This document shows positions 8,911 to 18,217 of a stretch of DNA of 64,000 nucleotides, in pieces. The DNA is from a virus. Its lineage: Duplodnaviria; Caudoviricetes. The notes under the pieces are model-generated. The model worked only from the letters and a program-made list of their open reading frames with translations, had not been told where the DNA came from and did not search any database. Location of the stretch: the IMG/VR virus record IMGVR_UViG_3300025141_000072, positions 2,040 through 66,039 of that record, one strand, 5' to 3'. The position numbers were made by a program, and so were the translations under genes. Position 1 is the stretch's first letter, and every line of letters begins with the position of its first letter.

Positions 8911-9195
8911 CTACACGTCCTCCTCAAAGTACGACGTCGTGTACGTCCACTCGGCGAGCTCCAGGCAGTGCGCACCGAACTCCGTGACGGCCGTGACGTC
9001 GAACAGGAACGCCTCACGCGCAGGACCCGGCGCCGGCACCTCATCCGGCAGTGGATGAATCAGCGCGCGCTTCTCCATCGCCCGCAACACGCGCATGTCC
9101 CAGCGCCACGTGGCGTCCGAGCCTCGGTAGCCGCTCTCGATGTCGAGGATTGTCCACAGCTGCGGCCGCGACAAGCGGATGGCCGGTTGCGCCAT
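8911..9195 (-). CDS. hypothetical protein (possible winged helix)
   Basis: ATG 9195 overlapping upstream TGA. Confidence 0.55.
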   Translation of the reverse strand: MAQPAIRLSRPQLWTILDIESGYRGSDATWRWDMRVLRAMEKRALIHPLPDEVPAPGPAREAFLFDVTAVTEFGAHCLELAEWTYTTSYFEEDV

Positions 9196-9599
9196 CAGGA
9201 GTCGCGGTCCTTTGGGCGTAGCTCGACAGTCGCAGCCGGAGCCGGAACCAGCAGGCCGTGCTCCGTCGATGACGGCGAGTCCGGCACCGTGGCGTCCGGC
9301 AGCTTGTCCGGCCGCGTCATGTACCGCGACAGGTCCGGGTACGCCGGCCCCACCACCGACGGGATCTGCCGTGCGACGGGTACAGGCTGCGGCGTCGTGA
9401 CGCGCGTCTGCATGCTGCGGATGGCCGCCTTGATGCGCCGGTTCTCGTCGGCGATCTCCCGGAGTGACCGAGCGGTCGCCCGCGCCTCGTCCTCCTGGCG
9501 CTCTCGGCGCTCTCGGCGCTCCGTTCGCCACGTCTGCACCCCCGCCCCGAAGAGCGTGCTGGCGACGACCACTGCGAGAATCGATAGTCCGATGAACAT
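9195..9599 (-). CDS. membrane-anchored coiled-coil protein
   Basis: N-terminal hydrophobic helix MFIGLSILAVVVASTLFG then charged coil; RBS AAAGGA. Confidence 0.6.
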   Translation of the reverse strand: MFIGLSILAVVVASTLFGAGVQTWRTERRERRERQEDEARATARSLREIADENRRIKAAIRSMQTRVTTPQPVPVARQIPSVVGPAYPDLSRYMTRPDKLPDATVPDSPSSTEHGLLVPAPAATVELRPKDRDS

Positions 9600-9732
9600 G
9601 ATGTGTCCTTTCTGGCCAGACTCGCTGGCCGGTTCTACTTCTTCCCCAAGAGTTGCAAGAGCAAGACAAGTTGCACAAGCGACAGCACGAGCAGCATGCT
9701 GACGACCGCGTCGGCACTGGGCCACTCGAGTG

Positions 9733-9936
9733 TCATTTGCGCTCCTCGAGCAGTGACCAGACGAGCGCGCCGAGCCAGATGACGCCCGTCCAACCGCCGA
9801 GCAGGTTGAGCACGAAGATGGCCGTCGTGTTTCGGTGCTTGCGGTAGCCGGCGACGATCGACGGCAGGAAGTACGTCAGCAGTGCGAGCGCTAGGAGAAT
9901 GATCCCGAGGATCGGGTTCCCTGACTCGCTACCCAC
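9733..9936 (-). CDS. imm: superinfection immunity protein (T4 Imm family)
   Basis: YFLPSIVA..RKH.N..AIFVLNLLGGWT.V.W..ALVW signature. Confidence 0.9.
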   Translation of the reverse strand: MGSESGNPILGIILLALALLTYFLPSIVAGYRKHRNTTAIFVLNLLGGWTGVIWLGALVWSLLEERK

Positions 9937-11059
9937 GGATCACGCTCCGGAAGTCTGACGCCGGCCGAGTCCCGGACGGCCGCACCGTCTCCTCACCGAG
10001 CCCCGCGTTCGGCGTCGTCACCAGCTTCGCGGCCAGGTCGTGGACCCGCGCCGCGTCGTGGACCGGCGTGTCCGGCGCCGGTAGCACCGGAGCCTGCGGC
10101 GCTCCGTTGCCCAGCCCCTGCGGCGCGTACGTGTCCGCTGGACGAACGGTCTCGGCGCCCGCGACCTGGCCGGTCACGGCCGACCGACCCAAGAGCGTCT
10201 CTCTTTGTCCCGATGCGTCCGTCAACGCGCGCCGATGCGCAGCGTCCTCCGCAGTCTCGGGCCGCAGCACGATCTCGCCAGGCTCCACGGGCGTCATCGG
10301 GTCTGGGTGCGGGTGCGGGATGAACTCGTCCGGGACTTCGTGGATCGTTGGCTCTCCCATCTCGATGGACGCCGTTGTAACGGAGGGCGTGGTCGTCTTC
10401 GTCTTCGTCGGCGTCACCGCCGCATCCGCACGTTCCTGCTTGGTCTGGATGTGGTGATGATCCAGCCGCGATCCGTGCTCGGTGATGCGCCCGACGTAGT
10501 CTCGTTCGTGCCTAGCCTCCTGCCGAGGCGTGTACGGACCGACGACCTGGTCGCGGTCGAAGTCCGCCTCGAAGTACGAGTCGCCAACGGTCTTTGCTGC
10601 CGGGTCGTCACCACCCGCGACGCCGAGCAGATCGACCAGCGACTTCGTTAGCAAGCCGGCTCCGGCGATGAGCGTGCCTGCGCCGACGGCCGTGCCCCAC
10701 GCAGGGATCGTAGCGACGGCGCCAGTTGCCGCGACGACGCCGCCGACGACGCCGATAGCCCCGACCGCTACGCCGGTGATCGCTGTGGCCAGCGCCTTGG
10801 TCTGAGCCACGGGCGATGCGTCCGGCCAGCCCCCGTGGTCCTGGAAGCGGTCCGCCGTCGGTGCCGAGACCGCCGACGCAGGCTCGGCGACCGAGACGCT
10901 ACCGCGCCGGCTGAACGCGTCCACGCGCCGGTCCTCCGTGTCGTGCCCAGCTGCCGGGTCGACAGTAGACGCGAGCGCCTCGGCCGCCGCTGGTGCTTCG
11001 GACGCCGTCGTCGCGGACGACGCGCGCGGCAGGGTGTAGTTGGGTGCTTTGATGCTCAT
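9929..11059 (-). CDS. hypothetical protein with glycine-rich hydrophobic hairpin and disordered ends
   Basis: 376 aa; AITGVAVGAIGVVGGVVAA...GTAVGAGTLIAGAGLL; RBS GGAG. Confidence 0.6.
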   Translation of the reverse strand: MSIKAPNYTLPRASSATTASEAPAAAEALASTVDPAAGHDTEDRRVDAFSRRGSVSVAEPASAVSAPTADRFQDHGGWPDASPVAQTKALATAITGVAVGAIGVVGGVVAATGAVATIPAWGTAVGAGTLIAGAGLLTKSLVDLLGVAGGDDPAAKTVGDSYFEADFDRDQVVGPYTPRQEARHERDYVGRITEHGSRLDHHHIQTKQERADAAVTPTKTKTTTPSVTTASIEMGEPTIHEVPDEFIPHPHPDPMTPVEPGEIVLRPETAEDAAHRRALTDASGQRETLLGRSAVTGQVAGAETVRPADTYAPQGLGNGAPQAPVLPAPDTPVHDAARVHDLAAKLVTTPNAGLGEETVRPSGTRPASDFRSVIRG

Positions 11060-11169
11060 GTCAGGCTCCGTTGCAGCTCACGTGCCGAACGCGCGGGCCA
11101 GCTTGTACGGACAGAAACACTGTAACGTGTAACACCACTGCACGTGCAGTGCACGGCAGGTAGCCCATG

Positions 11170-11541
11170 CTAGGAGTCCGCACACTTCATCGGCATCGTC
11201 CGCTGACCGTGCCAGTGGCGCAGCCGTGTCCCTTCGCGCTCGGCCATCCGCTGCAGCATCGGCCGGATGCGATCGAGCCAGACCTCCATGGCCACGTCCT
11301 CGAGGTTAGCGTCGTCGTCGCCCAACCGCGCTGCGTCCGCCTGTCGCATCGGCACGGTCAGCTCGATCGCGACGCGCCACGCGTTCGCACCCTTGTACGA
11401 CACAGGCGACGCCGCTTGCCGCCGCTCGAAGTGCAGCGCGCCGTAGCCGATGTTGTCGTGGCACTGCGACCCGGCACGCGCTCCGCAACGCGGGCACGCC
11501 ACGTCGATCGCGTCGGCCGGCACAGGTGTACGCTCGCTCAT
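11170..11541 (-). CDS. zinc-finger protein
   Basis: VACPRCGARAGSQC...H..R; TAATG coupling. Confidence 0.6.
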   Translation of the reverse strand: MSERTPVPADAIDVACPRCGARAGSQCHDNIGYGALHFERRQAASPVSYKGANAWRVAIELTVPMRQADAARLGDDDANLEDVAMEVWLDRIRPMLQRMAEREGTRLRHWHGQRTMPMKCADS

Positions 11542-11996
11542 TATTCGAGCGCTCCGGGCACGAAGCGCGACAAGGCCGCCTCGACGTCCCCCGCGTCCGG
11601 CGAGCCGCGCCAGTCCATGAACAACCGCACGCGCTTCGACGGGTTGCCCGAGCCCTTCGCTCCCGGCTTGCGTCCAGCCTTGGCCGCCCTCCGCATGATC
11701 TCGTTGGCGAGCTCCGCAGGCGCAGCCTGCTCGATCAGCTTCTCGCACGCCCGTCGGTCGAGCAGCGTCCGCTCAGCCGCGGGCCAGTCGGCCGCCGTCC
11801 GCGAGGCCAGCTCCACCTTGCGCGGCAGGCCCAGGCCGGGCAGTCGGCGGCACAGCAGCCGCAGGCCCCGAGCGTACTCGGCGTTCCGCGTCTTGCCCGA
11901 GCCCGCTCGGGCATGGAACACGACGGTCAGGCCGAAGCGCGACGGCTCCACGGTGAACGTGGCGTCCACGAGCTGCCCGTCCTCGAAGATGCGCAC
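11541..11996 (-). CDS. hypothetical protein
   Basis: ORF in coupled operon. Confidence 0.55.
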   Translation of the reverse strand: MRIFEDGQLVDATFTVEPSRFGLTVVFHARAGSGKTRNAEYARGLRLLCRRLPGLGLPRKVELASRTAADWPAAERTLLDRRACEKLIEQAAPAELANEIMRRAAKAGRKPGAKGSGNPSKRVRLFMDWRGSPDAGDVEAALSRFVPGALE

Positions 11997-11997
11997 G

Positions 11998-12555
11998 CTA
12001 GTTCGCCCCGGGCGCGTCGACGAACTGCGCCATGTGGTTGGCGAAGTGCCGGATGATGCGGAGCCGGTCGCGCGCGTTCATCGCGGCCAGTTCGTGGTTC
12101 GGCACGATCCGGACGCGCCGCTCCCAGCTCTGCAGGTACACGGCCCAGTACGTGACGCTGCCGTCCTTGTGGCACGTCGGCGCGATACTGTTCGGCCGGA
12201 CGGCGACGCGCGTCGGCGCTGTCGCCGGCATCCCAGGCTCCACCATGTCGTGCGCCCCCTCCGCGAAGAAGTGACCCTGGCACTCCGCGTTGGCCGAGGG
12301 CCCCTTGTACTCGGGCGGCGAGCCCGCCGCCTTCCAGCACGCCTCGTGGTACACGGTGCCTCGCATCGGGTAGCCGATGTCGCCACCCGCTGCGCCCATG
12401 ACGCGGCCGTAGCCGTCGTACGAGCCGACGAGCGGAGACTTGCGGCCGTACTTGATCACGACCACCTGATTCATCCAGGCGTTGATGCGGTTCGTCGCGT
12501 GCGGTGCGAGCATCGGATGCCCACAGCACTCGCAGTTGTAACTGAACAGACCCAT
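11998..12555 (-). CDS. Cys/His-rich hypothetical protein
   Basis: MGLFSYNCECCGH, GSYDGYGRV, HEACW; RBS AAGGAG. Confidence 0.7.
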   Translation of the reverse strand: MGLFSYNCECCGHPMLAPHATNRINAWMNQVVVIKYGRKSPLVGSYDGYGRVMGAAGGDIGYPMRGTVYHEACWKAAGSPPEYKGPSANAECQGHFFAEGAHDMVEPGMPATAPTRVAVRPNSIAPTCHKDGSVTYWAVYLQSWERRVRIVPNHELAAMNARDRLRIIRHFANHMAQFVDAPGAN

Positions 12556-12560
12556 GACGT

Positions 12561-13037
12561 TTACTCCTTTGTGGCGCTCTGTGCGCCGGTTGCGGCGGCG
12601 GACGCGTCTGCATCCGCCTCCCGTTCAATGTGGAGCCAGCGCCCCACGTCATAGTCGAAGGCCGCGTGGTACTCGGCGGTGAACCGTTCGAACTCCGCCG
12701 CCGACAGCACGATGCCCGAGCTGGTGATGCCGCTGATGCCGGCGTGGAACCTGGCCAACAAGCGCAGGTTGAACAGCCGTACGAGCAGCTGCGGCGAGCC
12801 GCACGCTGGCGAGAGCCAGTCGTCGCTGCCGTCCACGATCACCGCGCCCGGGTAGTCCCGGAACACCTCAGCCTTGGCCGCCCGCACGCCGTCGAACGTC
12901 GGCATGTAGTTCACGAACCCCGACGTGCCGCAGTGCTGGTCACCACGCACGCGCCCGGACGCGTTGTAACGGAGCACCTTCGCGTTCGCCGCTGCGACGG
13001 CCTGCGCCTCTGCGATAGGCATGCTGTGCGTCGTCAT
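12561..13037 (-). CDS. hypothetical protein
   Basis: RBS GGAGG; ATGA overlap with the methyltransferase beta frame. Confidence 0.6.
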   Translation of the reverse strand: MTTHSMPIAEAQAVAAANAKVLRYNASGRVRGDQHCGTSGFVNYMPTFDGVRAAKAEVFRDYPGAVIVDGSDDWLSPACGSPQLLVRLFNLRLLARFHAGISGITSSGIVLSAAEFERFTAEYHAAFDYDVGRWLHIEREADADASAAATGAQSATKE

Positions 13038-13936
13038 GCCGTGTCCTCCAGCTCAGCTGAGGTCGAAGCGGCGGCCGGCCGGGACACATAGCCGCTCTCC
13101 AGCAAGTGCAGACCACAGATGGCCGAGCGCATACGCTGCCACCAGAGGTGAAACTGCGTTACCGGTGAGGTGGAGTCGGTCCACCCGACCGGGAGCCCCT
13201 GCAAGACTTCCGTGAAGGTGGGGTTGAGCAGCGGCTGGCCATTGCGCCCAGTCGCCGACCCGTCCGGCACGGGGAGGATATAGAGCACGTCGGTCAGCGT
13301 CCAACCAGCGTGGTGCCGAGACTCCGCTCCACGGGTCCGGTTGCAAGTCGCGTTGCGTGACGCCCGAGCGTCCAGCGCCGTCGGCGTGGGCCAGTACAAA
13401 GAGCCGCGCTCGCCCTTGAGAGGCGCCAACCGCAAATGCGTCGACGACGATCGACGCGGTCCGGTATCCGAGACGTCCGAGGTCCGAGACGATGACGCCG
13501 AACGCTTCGTTGTCTTCGAGCGCCGGGACGTTCTCGAGGAAGACCCAGCCGGGCTCACACTCTCCGATGATGCGCTTGGCGTGCGGCCACTGCCATCGGG
13601 GGTCGGCGACGCCCCGGGCAGCGGCAAGGTCACGACGGTTGCCAGCTCGGCTGAAGGGCTGGCACGGGATGCCCGCAGTGACGAGATCCACGACGCCACG
13701 CCACGGTCGGCCGTCGAAGGTGGCAAGCTCATCCCAGACAGGAGCCGGTGCCATGGCCTCGTCTTCCATCCGCGCCACGAGAGCGGCCGCGGCGCTGTCT
13801 TGCCGCTCGACAAAGCACACAGCGTGGGCTCGGGGGTCACAGAGTCGGACGCCGAGCTCGAGTCCGCCGATACCGGCACAGAGTCCGAGGACCCGTGGTC
13901 CGCTGGCACGTACAGAGCTGGCACGTACAACCACAA
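13034..13936 (-). CDS. C5-methyltransferase beta polypeptide (motif IX), overlapping frame
   Basis: TTG 13936 MWLYVP...WPTPTALD...LLNPTFTEVLQGLPVGWT; stop overlaps the next ATG. Confidence 0.7.
   Translation of the reverse strand: MWLYVPALYVPADHGSSDSVPVSADSSSASDSVTPEPTLCALSSGKTAPRPLSWRGWKTRPWHRLLSGMSLPPSTADRGVASWISSLRASRASPSAELATVVTLPLPGASPTPDGSGRTPSASSESVSPAGSSSRTSRRSKTTKRSASSSRTSDVSDTGPRRSSSTHLRLAPLKGERGSLYWPTPTALDARASRNATCNRTRGAESRHHAGWTLTDVLYILPVPDGSATGRNGQPLLNPTFTEVLQGLPVGWTDSTSPVTQFHLWWQRMRSAICGLHLLESGYVSRPAAASTSAELEDTA
13053..13934 (-). CDS. dcm: DNA (cytosine-5) methyltransferase, alpha polypeptide (lacks motif IX)
   Basis: LCAGIGG (I), AGIPCQPFS (IV), FLENV (VI), GASQGRARLF (VIII), LTGNAVSP (X); GTG 13934 after GGAGG. 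Confidence 0.9.
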   Translation of the reverse strand: MVVRASSVRASGPRVLGLCAGIGGLELGVRLCDPRAHAVCFVERQDSAAAALVARMEDEAMAPAPVWDELATFDGRPWRGVVDLVTAGIPCQPFSRAGNRRDLAAARGVADPRWQWPHAKRIIGECEPGWVFLENVPALEDNEAFGVIVSDLGRLGYRTASIVVDAFAVGASQGRARLFVLAHADGAGRSGVTQRDLQPDPWSGVSAPRWLDADRRALYPPRAGRVGDWAQWPAAAQPHLHGSLAGAPGRVDRLHLTGNAVSPLVAAYALGHLWSALAGERLCVPAGRRFDLS

Positions 13937-13938
13937 GG

Positions 13939-14154
13939 CTAGTCCTCCCTTCGCGCGTCGAGCTGCTCGCGGACAACGCGCACGACGCACGCGAGCCGCA
14001 AGAGCGAGCTATCGTCCGTGGAGAAGCCGTATGCGCTGAGCTGGTCGGCGAAGTCCTGCAGCAGCTGCGACGTCGCGTGGTCCATCGCACGGGCGAGCAC
14101 CTTCGTGTTGAGGTCCGCCGACGCGGGGAACACCAGGTTGCGTTGGATGCTCAT
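13939..14154 (-). CDS. hypothetical protein
   Basis: 71 aa ORF with GGAG RBS. Confidence 0.55.
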   Translation of the reverse strand: MSIQRNLVFPASADLNTKVLARAMDHATSQLLQDFADQLSAYGFSTDDSSLLRLACVVRVVREQLDARRED

Positions 14155-14157
14155 CGA

Positions 14158-15003
14158 CTAGTCCTCCTTCTCCATCGGGTAGCCGTAGCAGGTCACGTGC
14201 AGCCGCTCGGCGCGCCCGTCACCGCGCTTCACCTTGTAGTGCTCGAACGTGGGCATCAGCTCACCAAGCGATGCACCGAACCAACCCTCGGCGCAGAAGT
14301 TCCAGCCCTCGTCGAAGGCCGAGACGTGGAACTGCAGCGTCGGGTACTGCTCGGCCAACGCCTTGAAGATCGGTTCCGGGACTGACCACGCCGTGTCGAA
14401 CTGCGCAGTGATGACTCCCGGCTCATCATCATCACCGGTGAGCGACTCCGGCCCCGCGGCGTCACGCCACTTGAAGTCGTAGCTGTTCCACTTCGTGCCC
14501 CACTTGGCGACGTTCCACGAGTACCAGGACCCGTGGCCCTCGCACTCGACGATGGAGCGCAGGAACGCGTGCGCCTCTGCTCGCCAGTCCGCACCGTGCT
14601 GCTTGTCCATGACGCGGATGAGGTCGTGTCCAGCTCCGGGCGTCCACTCGATCGCGTGCTTGGTTGGTGCGGGCGCCGAGCTCTTGCGCCGCAGTCGGTT
14701 CCGTGGGTCGGGCACACCACCGTGGTGCATCAGCCCGTACGACTGCGCCGTAAACTGATTATCGTTGTTCAACGCCGCAATCACTAGGGCGAGCGCGCCC
14801 TCAGTGGCGACCGACGACGCGTCCCCCAGCGCGGCCGGCGGTACGACCACCGACTCGAAGTCGAGCGTGATCACCGGCGCCGGGACGATCCCGGTGACCA
14901 CACTCGCCGGTCCTGACTTCTCGTAGATGTGCCGGTCGATGAAGGCGCGCAACGCGCCTTGCGGTCCGTGGACCGCGAATACGTTTGTCACGTGATTAGG
15001 CAT
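14158..15003 (-). CDS. DUF1281/YubB-like ferredoxin-fold protein
   Basis: MPNHVTN, WYSWNVAKWGTKWN, FDTAWSVPEP, YPTLQF...DEG. Confidence 0.8.
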   Translation of the reverse strand: MPNHVTNVFAVHGPQGALRAFIDRHIYEKSGPASVVTGIVPAPVITLDFESVVVPPAALGDASSVATEGALALVIAALNNDNQFTAQSYGLMHHGGVPDPRNRLRRKSSAPAPTKHAIEWTPGAGHDLIRVMDKQHGADWRAEAHAFLRSIVECEGHGSWYSWNVAKWGTKWNSYDFKWRDAAGPESLTGDDDEPGVITAQFDTAWSVPEPIFKALAEQYPTLQFHVSAFDEGWNFCAEGWFGASLGELMPTFEHYKVKRGDGRAERLHVTCYGYPMEKED

Positions 15004-15219
15004 GTTATGCCTCTCTTTCTGCCGAGCAGCGCTCAGCGGTAGCGGGTGAAGTCGAGGCGCTCCCGTGTGCAGCACCCTCGATGTCCCGTTCGTCTTGTTC
15101 TTGCTCCTTGTGCAAGCAGTCGAGGCACCGGCTGCCGTCAGCCAGCCACGCCTCGAGCGTGCACTCTACGCAGTAGCCCACGTCGGGCTCGACCAGCGTC
15201 CAGTGCGAGTCGTGATCGC

Positions 15220-16218
15220 TCACAGCAGCGGCACCTCGCCGTAGCACTTCTTGCAGCAGTGGGTACCGTCGACCCACGTCGTGTAGGCACCGCAGCACGG
15301 CGACATGTCCGGCGACGGCACGACGTCGTCCGTGCTGGCCACGTTGCTCAGCACCGGCAGCGACTTGCGCATGCGCCGATACCCGGCCATGGCGCCCGCC
15401 GATCCGTGAGCTGGGTTCCAGATGTGCGCGCGCTGATCGTCCTCGCCCTTCTTACCGTTGCACAGCCCACAGTCTCGGCACTGCGGCGTCGTCGGGTCGG
15501 TCGCCCGATACGGGCACTGCGCCACGTTGAGGCCGGCATCAGCCAGTGCAGCGAGCGCAGCGGGCGCCTCGTCTTCCAGCATGGACAGGTAGAAGCGCCA
15601 CCCGCGCGCCGCAGCCTCCAGCGCGCCCTCGACAGTCTCCACCGACGCCATCGCGGCCGCCGAGTGCCGCTCGTCGCACGTCCGCCAGTCGTGCAGGTAC
15701 GAGCTGTGACCGCGCGAGCCAGCTCCGGCGTAGTACGCCTCGAGCAGCTGCTCGGTCACCTCGAACGGCACGGCCGACTGGTTGCCGTACGCGCCGCCCC
15801 GGAGGAACCACCGCGACAGGCGAATGTGCTCGAGCACATCGCAGGCCGACGCGTCCGGGTACTTGCCGGCGTGGAACGACTTCCAGACCATCAGCACGCC
15901 GTTGACGAGCACCACGTAGCAGCCGCCCATGCGCAGCGGGCAGTTGCCACAGATGCTCCCGTCGTAGCCGAGCCTGCGCGCCGTGACCGGGTCGACGTCA
16001 CGCAGCAGCGTGTGGACCTGGATGCACGCGCCGGTCTTCGTGTTCCGCGACGGGTCGATGGTCCCGACCGCGATCTGGACGATCGCCCGCCCGTCATACA
16101 GCGACGGCCCGTCATAGAGCACGACACCGTTCGGCGGCCGACGCCGGGAGCGCTGCGCCCGACCCATGACCTCCGCGGAGACAGCGGCTGCGCGGTCGGC
16201 GCTAGCGGCGGCGCTCAT
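15220..16218 (-). CDS. conserved Cys-rich phage protein (possible Fe-S enzyme)
   Basis: LYDGPS.YDG, SRNTKTG, SICGNCP...CYV, RGGAYG, CRDCGLC. Confidence 0.65.
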   Translation of the reverse strand: MSAAASADRAAAVSAEVMGRAQRSRRRPPNGVVLYDGPSLYDGRAIVQIAVGTIDPSRNTKTGACIQVHTLLRDVDPVTARRLGYDGSICGNCPLRMGGCYVVLVNGVLMVWKSFHAGKYPDASACDVLEHIRLSRWFLRGGAYGNQSAVPFEVTEQLLEAYYAGAGSRGHSSYLHDWRTCDERHSAAAMASVETVEGALEAAARGWRFYLSMLEDEAPAALAALADAGLNVAQCPYRATDPTTPQCRDCGLCNGKKGEDDQRAHIWNPAHGSAGAMAGYRRMRKSLPVLSNVASTDDVVPSPDMSPCCGAYTTWVDGTHCCKKCYGEVPLL

Positions 16219-16427
16219 ACCGTGTCCTCCTCGAACAGCTCGGTCGCCTCGCGCTCCTCCGCAGCGCGCTCCTCCAACGACTCGACGAACGACTCGAACA
16301 CGCCCTCGCGCGCCATGTGATCCATCGCCATGTCGAGCAGCGTCGCGTTCGACCAGCCCTGGTCCTGGCAGAGCTGGTTGAAGCGACCGCCCGCCGCGGA
16401 CCCGCCGCCGTCCACGAACAGCGGCAT
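16215..16427 (-). CDS. small acidic protein
   Basis: 70 aa, coupled at both ends. Confidence 0.55.
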   Translation of the reverse strand: MPLFVDGGGSAAGGRFNQLCQDQGWSNATLLDMAMDHMAREGVFESFVESLEERAAEEREATELFEEDTV

Positions 16428-17743
16428 CAGCTGTCGTCCTCGTCCTTCTCCGGCCGCATCGGCATCACGACCATGAACCCGTCGGCGAGATCCGAGTAGA
16501 CGCGAACAGGGGCCAGCTCATCGTTGCCCTCGATGGTCGTCGACCCGTCACCCGCGCCGCACGCCTTGAGCGCGTCGAGAAGGAATGACGTGTTGAGTCC
16601 GACCGTGCACGAGCCCGACGAGTCGAACGTCTCGACGCGCCGCGCCTTGCGGTCCTTCACGCAGGTATCCAAGGCGGTGGAATCGGGGTGCACCACCACC
16701 GCCACCCGATGTATCTTGGACGGCGCGGCCTCGCGGTGCTTCTTCGCATCTGCCTTGGCCGCGTCCTTGGCCACCGTGAGCTTGCGGTACTCCATCGCGT
16801 TCGGCCGCCCCTCGCCCTCACGTGCGTCCTTGCACGCAGCCATGGCTGCCTTGACCGTCGCGCGATGCTCGAGCACCCGGCCGTCGTACGTCTCGCGCCG
16901 CGTCACGTACCGCTCCTTGAGCGCCTTGACCGACTCGGCCAGCGCCTCCTTCAGCGACGCCGTCATCACCTTCGTCGACCACGCGTGCGAGCTCGGCACC
17001 ACTTGTCGCCAGTCCGGGAAGGACTGACGGCTGAACGTCGACTGGCCTCGCCGATCGGGCTCGGCCCACGCTCGATCGGCGTCGGCCAGCGCCGACAACA
17101 TCGCCGTCGGCATCGTAACCAACGTCCGGAGCTCGCGCTTGTTGGTCAGCGGCACCGACCAATCGCGAGGCAGCCGAAGCCCGGTCACCCGCGCGACCGT
17201 CAGCCGGTGACCGTCAGTCGTCACGATCACCGCGTCCTCGCCTCCCATATCGCGCTCGACCCTGAACGCTCTCAGGTTGAGCCTGTCGTCCGACCAGCTC
17301 ACGCTGTACTGCGCGCGTCGCAGCGCGCCGCACAGCTTCTTCGCGTCGGCCACGGTCAGTCCCGTAGGCGTCGCCGTCTCTTCTTCATTCATACTCGTAT
17401 CCTTTCTGGGGGCGTCGCCCCCGGTAGCGAGTGAGGGCTCAGCGCTCTCGCGCATGCCCTCCTCGCTGAAGCACCATCCGGTGACGGTGCGAATCGTGAG
17501 TGCTGCAGCGTTAGGCAGGAACGACAGCCCACCGTGCGCTGCTGGCGAGCACTTGCGGCACACGATCTTCGAGAAGACCAGCTTGCCTCCGTGCTCGACG
17601 TCGATCGACTGCGACCGGTGCGCATCGAGGATGCCCTTGCACCGAGCGCAGAACATCTGCATCCCGACGAAGCCGCGATGCGCCTCGAACTCGATCATCG
17701 AGCCGACGCTGCCGACTTCCGTGCCCAGCACGCGGTCTGTCAT
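16427..17743 (-). CDS. DNA polymerase III beta-clamp-like protein with N-terminal zinc finger
   Basis: VTTDGHRL, FPDWRQVVP, GLNTSFLLDAL, VVMPMR; N-term CARC...CRKC; alternative start 17392. Confidence 0.75.
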   Translation of the reverse strand: MTDRVLGTEVGSVGSMIEFEAHRGFVGMQMFCARCKGILDAHRSQSIDVEHGGKLVFSKIVCRKCSPAAHGGLSFLPNAAALTIRTVTGWCFSEEGMRESAEPSLATGGDAPRKDTSMNEEETATPTGLTVADAKKLCGALRRAQYSVSWSDDRLNLRAFRVERDMGGEDAVIVTTDGHRLTVARVTGLRLPRDWSVPLTNKRELRTLVTMPTAMLSALADADRAWAEPDRRGQSTFSRQSFPDWRQVVPSSHAWSTKVMTASLKEALAESVKALKERYVTRRETYDGRVLEHRATVKAAMAACKDAREGEGRPNAMEYRKLTVAKDAAKADAKKHREAAPSKIHRVAVVVHPDSTALDTCVKDRKARRVETFDSSGSCTVGLNTSFLLDALKACGAGDGSTTIEGNDELAPVRVYSDLADGFMVVMPMRPEKDEDDS

Positions 17744-18213
17744 GACGACGACTCCGTGTCGTCCGTGTCGTAGCCCAAGAGCGTCTTGCACTCATCGGTC
17801 AGGTTCGGTTCCACGTCGTTGACCGAGCACCACTCCAGCGCCGCGTGCAGCCCGCGACGCTGCGCGTCCGCCCGCGTCTTGTGGCCGTACTCGAACGACA
17901 CGATGTCCTCGACGAACGAGCCGGTCGCGCTGTCCACGGTCACCGTGAGCTGGTAGCCGCAGCCGTGCGGCAGCTCGTCCACCTGCACGTAGCAGCCGTC
18001 ATCTTCGGAGCCGACGTACAGCTTATCCCACTCATCGTCGTGCTCGATCATGAGTGTGAGCATCGAGATGACGTCGTTGTTCAGCTCCTCGAGCAGCAGC
18101 TCCGTCACCCCCGGCACCGAGAGCAGCTGCGCCGTCGTCATACCGTCGAGCACCGTCTCCAGCCCCGCTGCCATCGCAGAAGGCGTGATCCAGCCGTTGT
18201 CGTCGCGCGACAC
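17740..18213 (-). CDS. acidic hypothetical protein
   Basis: ORF in coupled operon. Confidence 0.6.
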   Translation of the reverse strand: MSRDDNGWITPSAMAAGLETVLDGMTTAQLLSVPGVTELLLEELNNDVISMLTLMIEHDDEWDKLYVGSEDDGCYVQVDELPHGCGYQLTVTVDSATGSFVEDIVSFEYGHKTRADAQRRGLHAALEWCSVNDVEPNLTDECKTLLGYDTDDTESSS

Positions 18214-18217
18214 TGCG

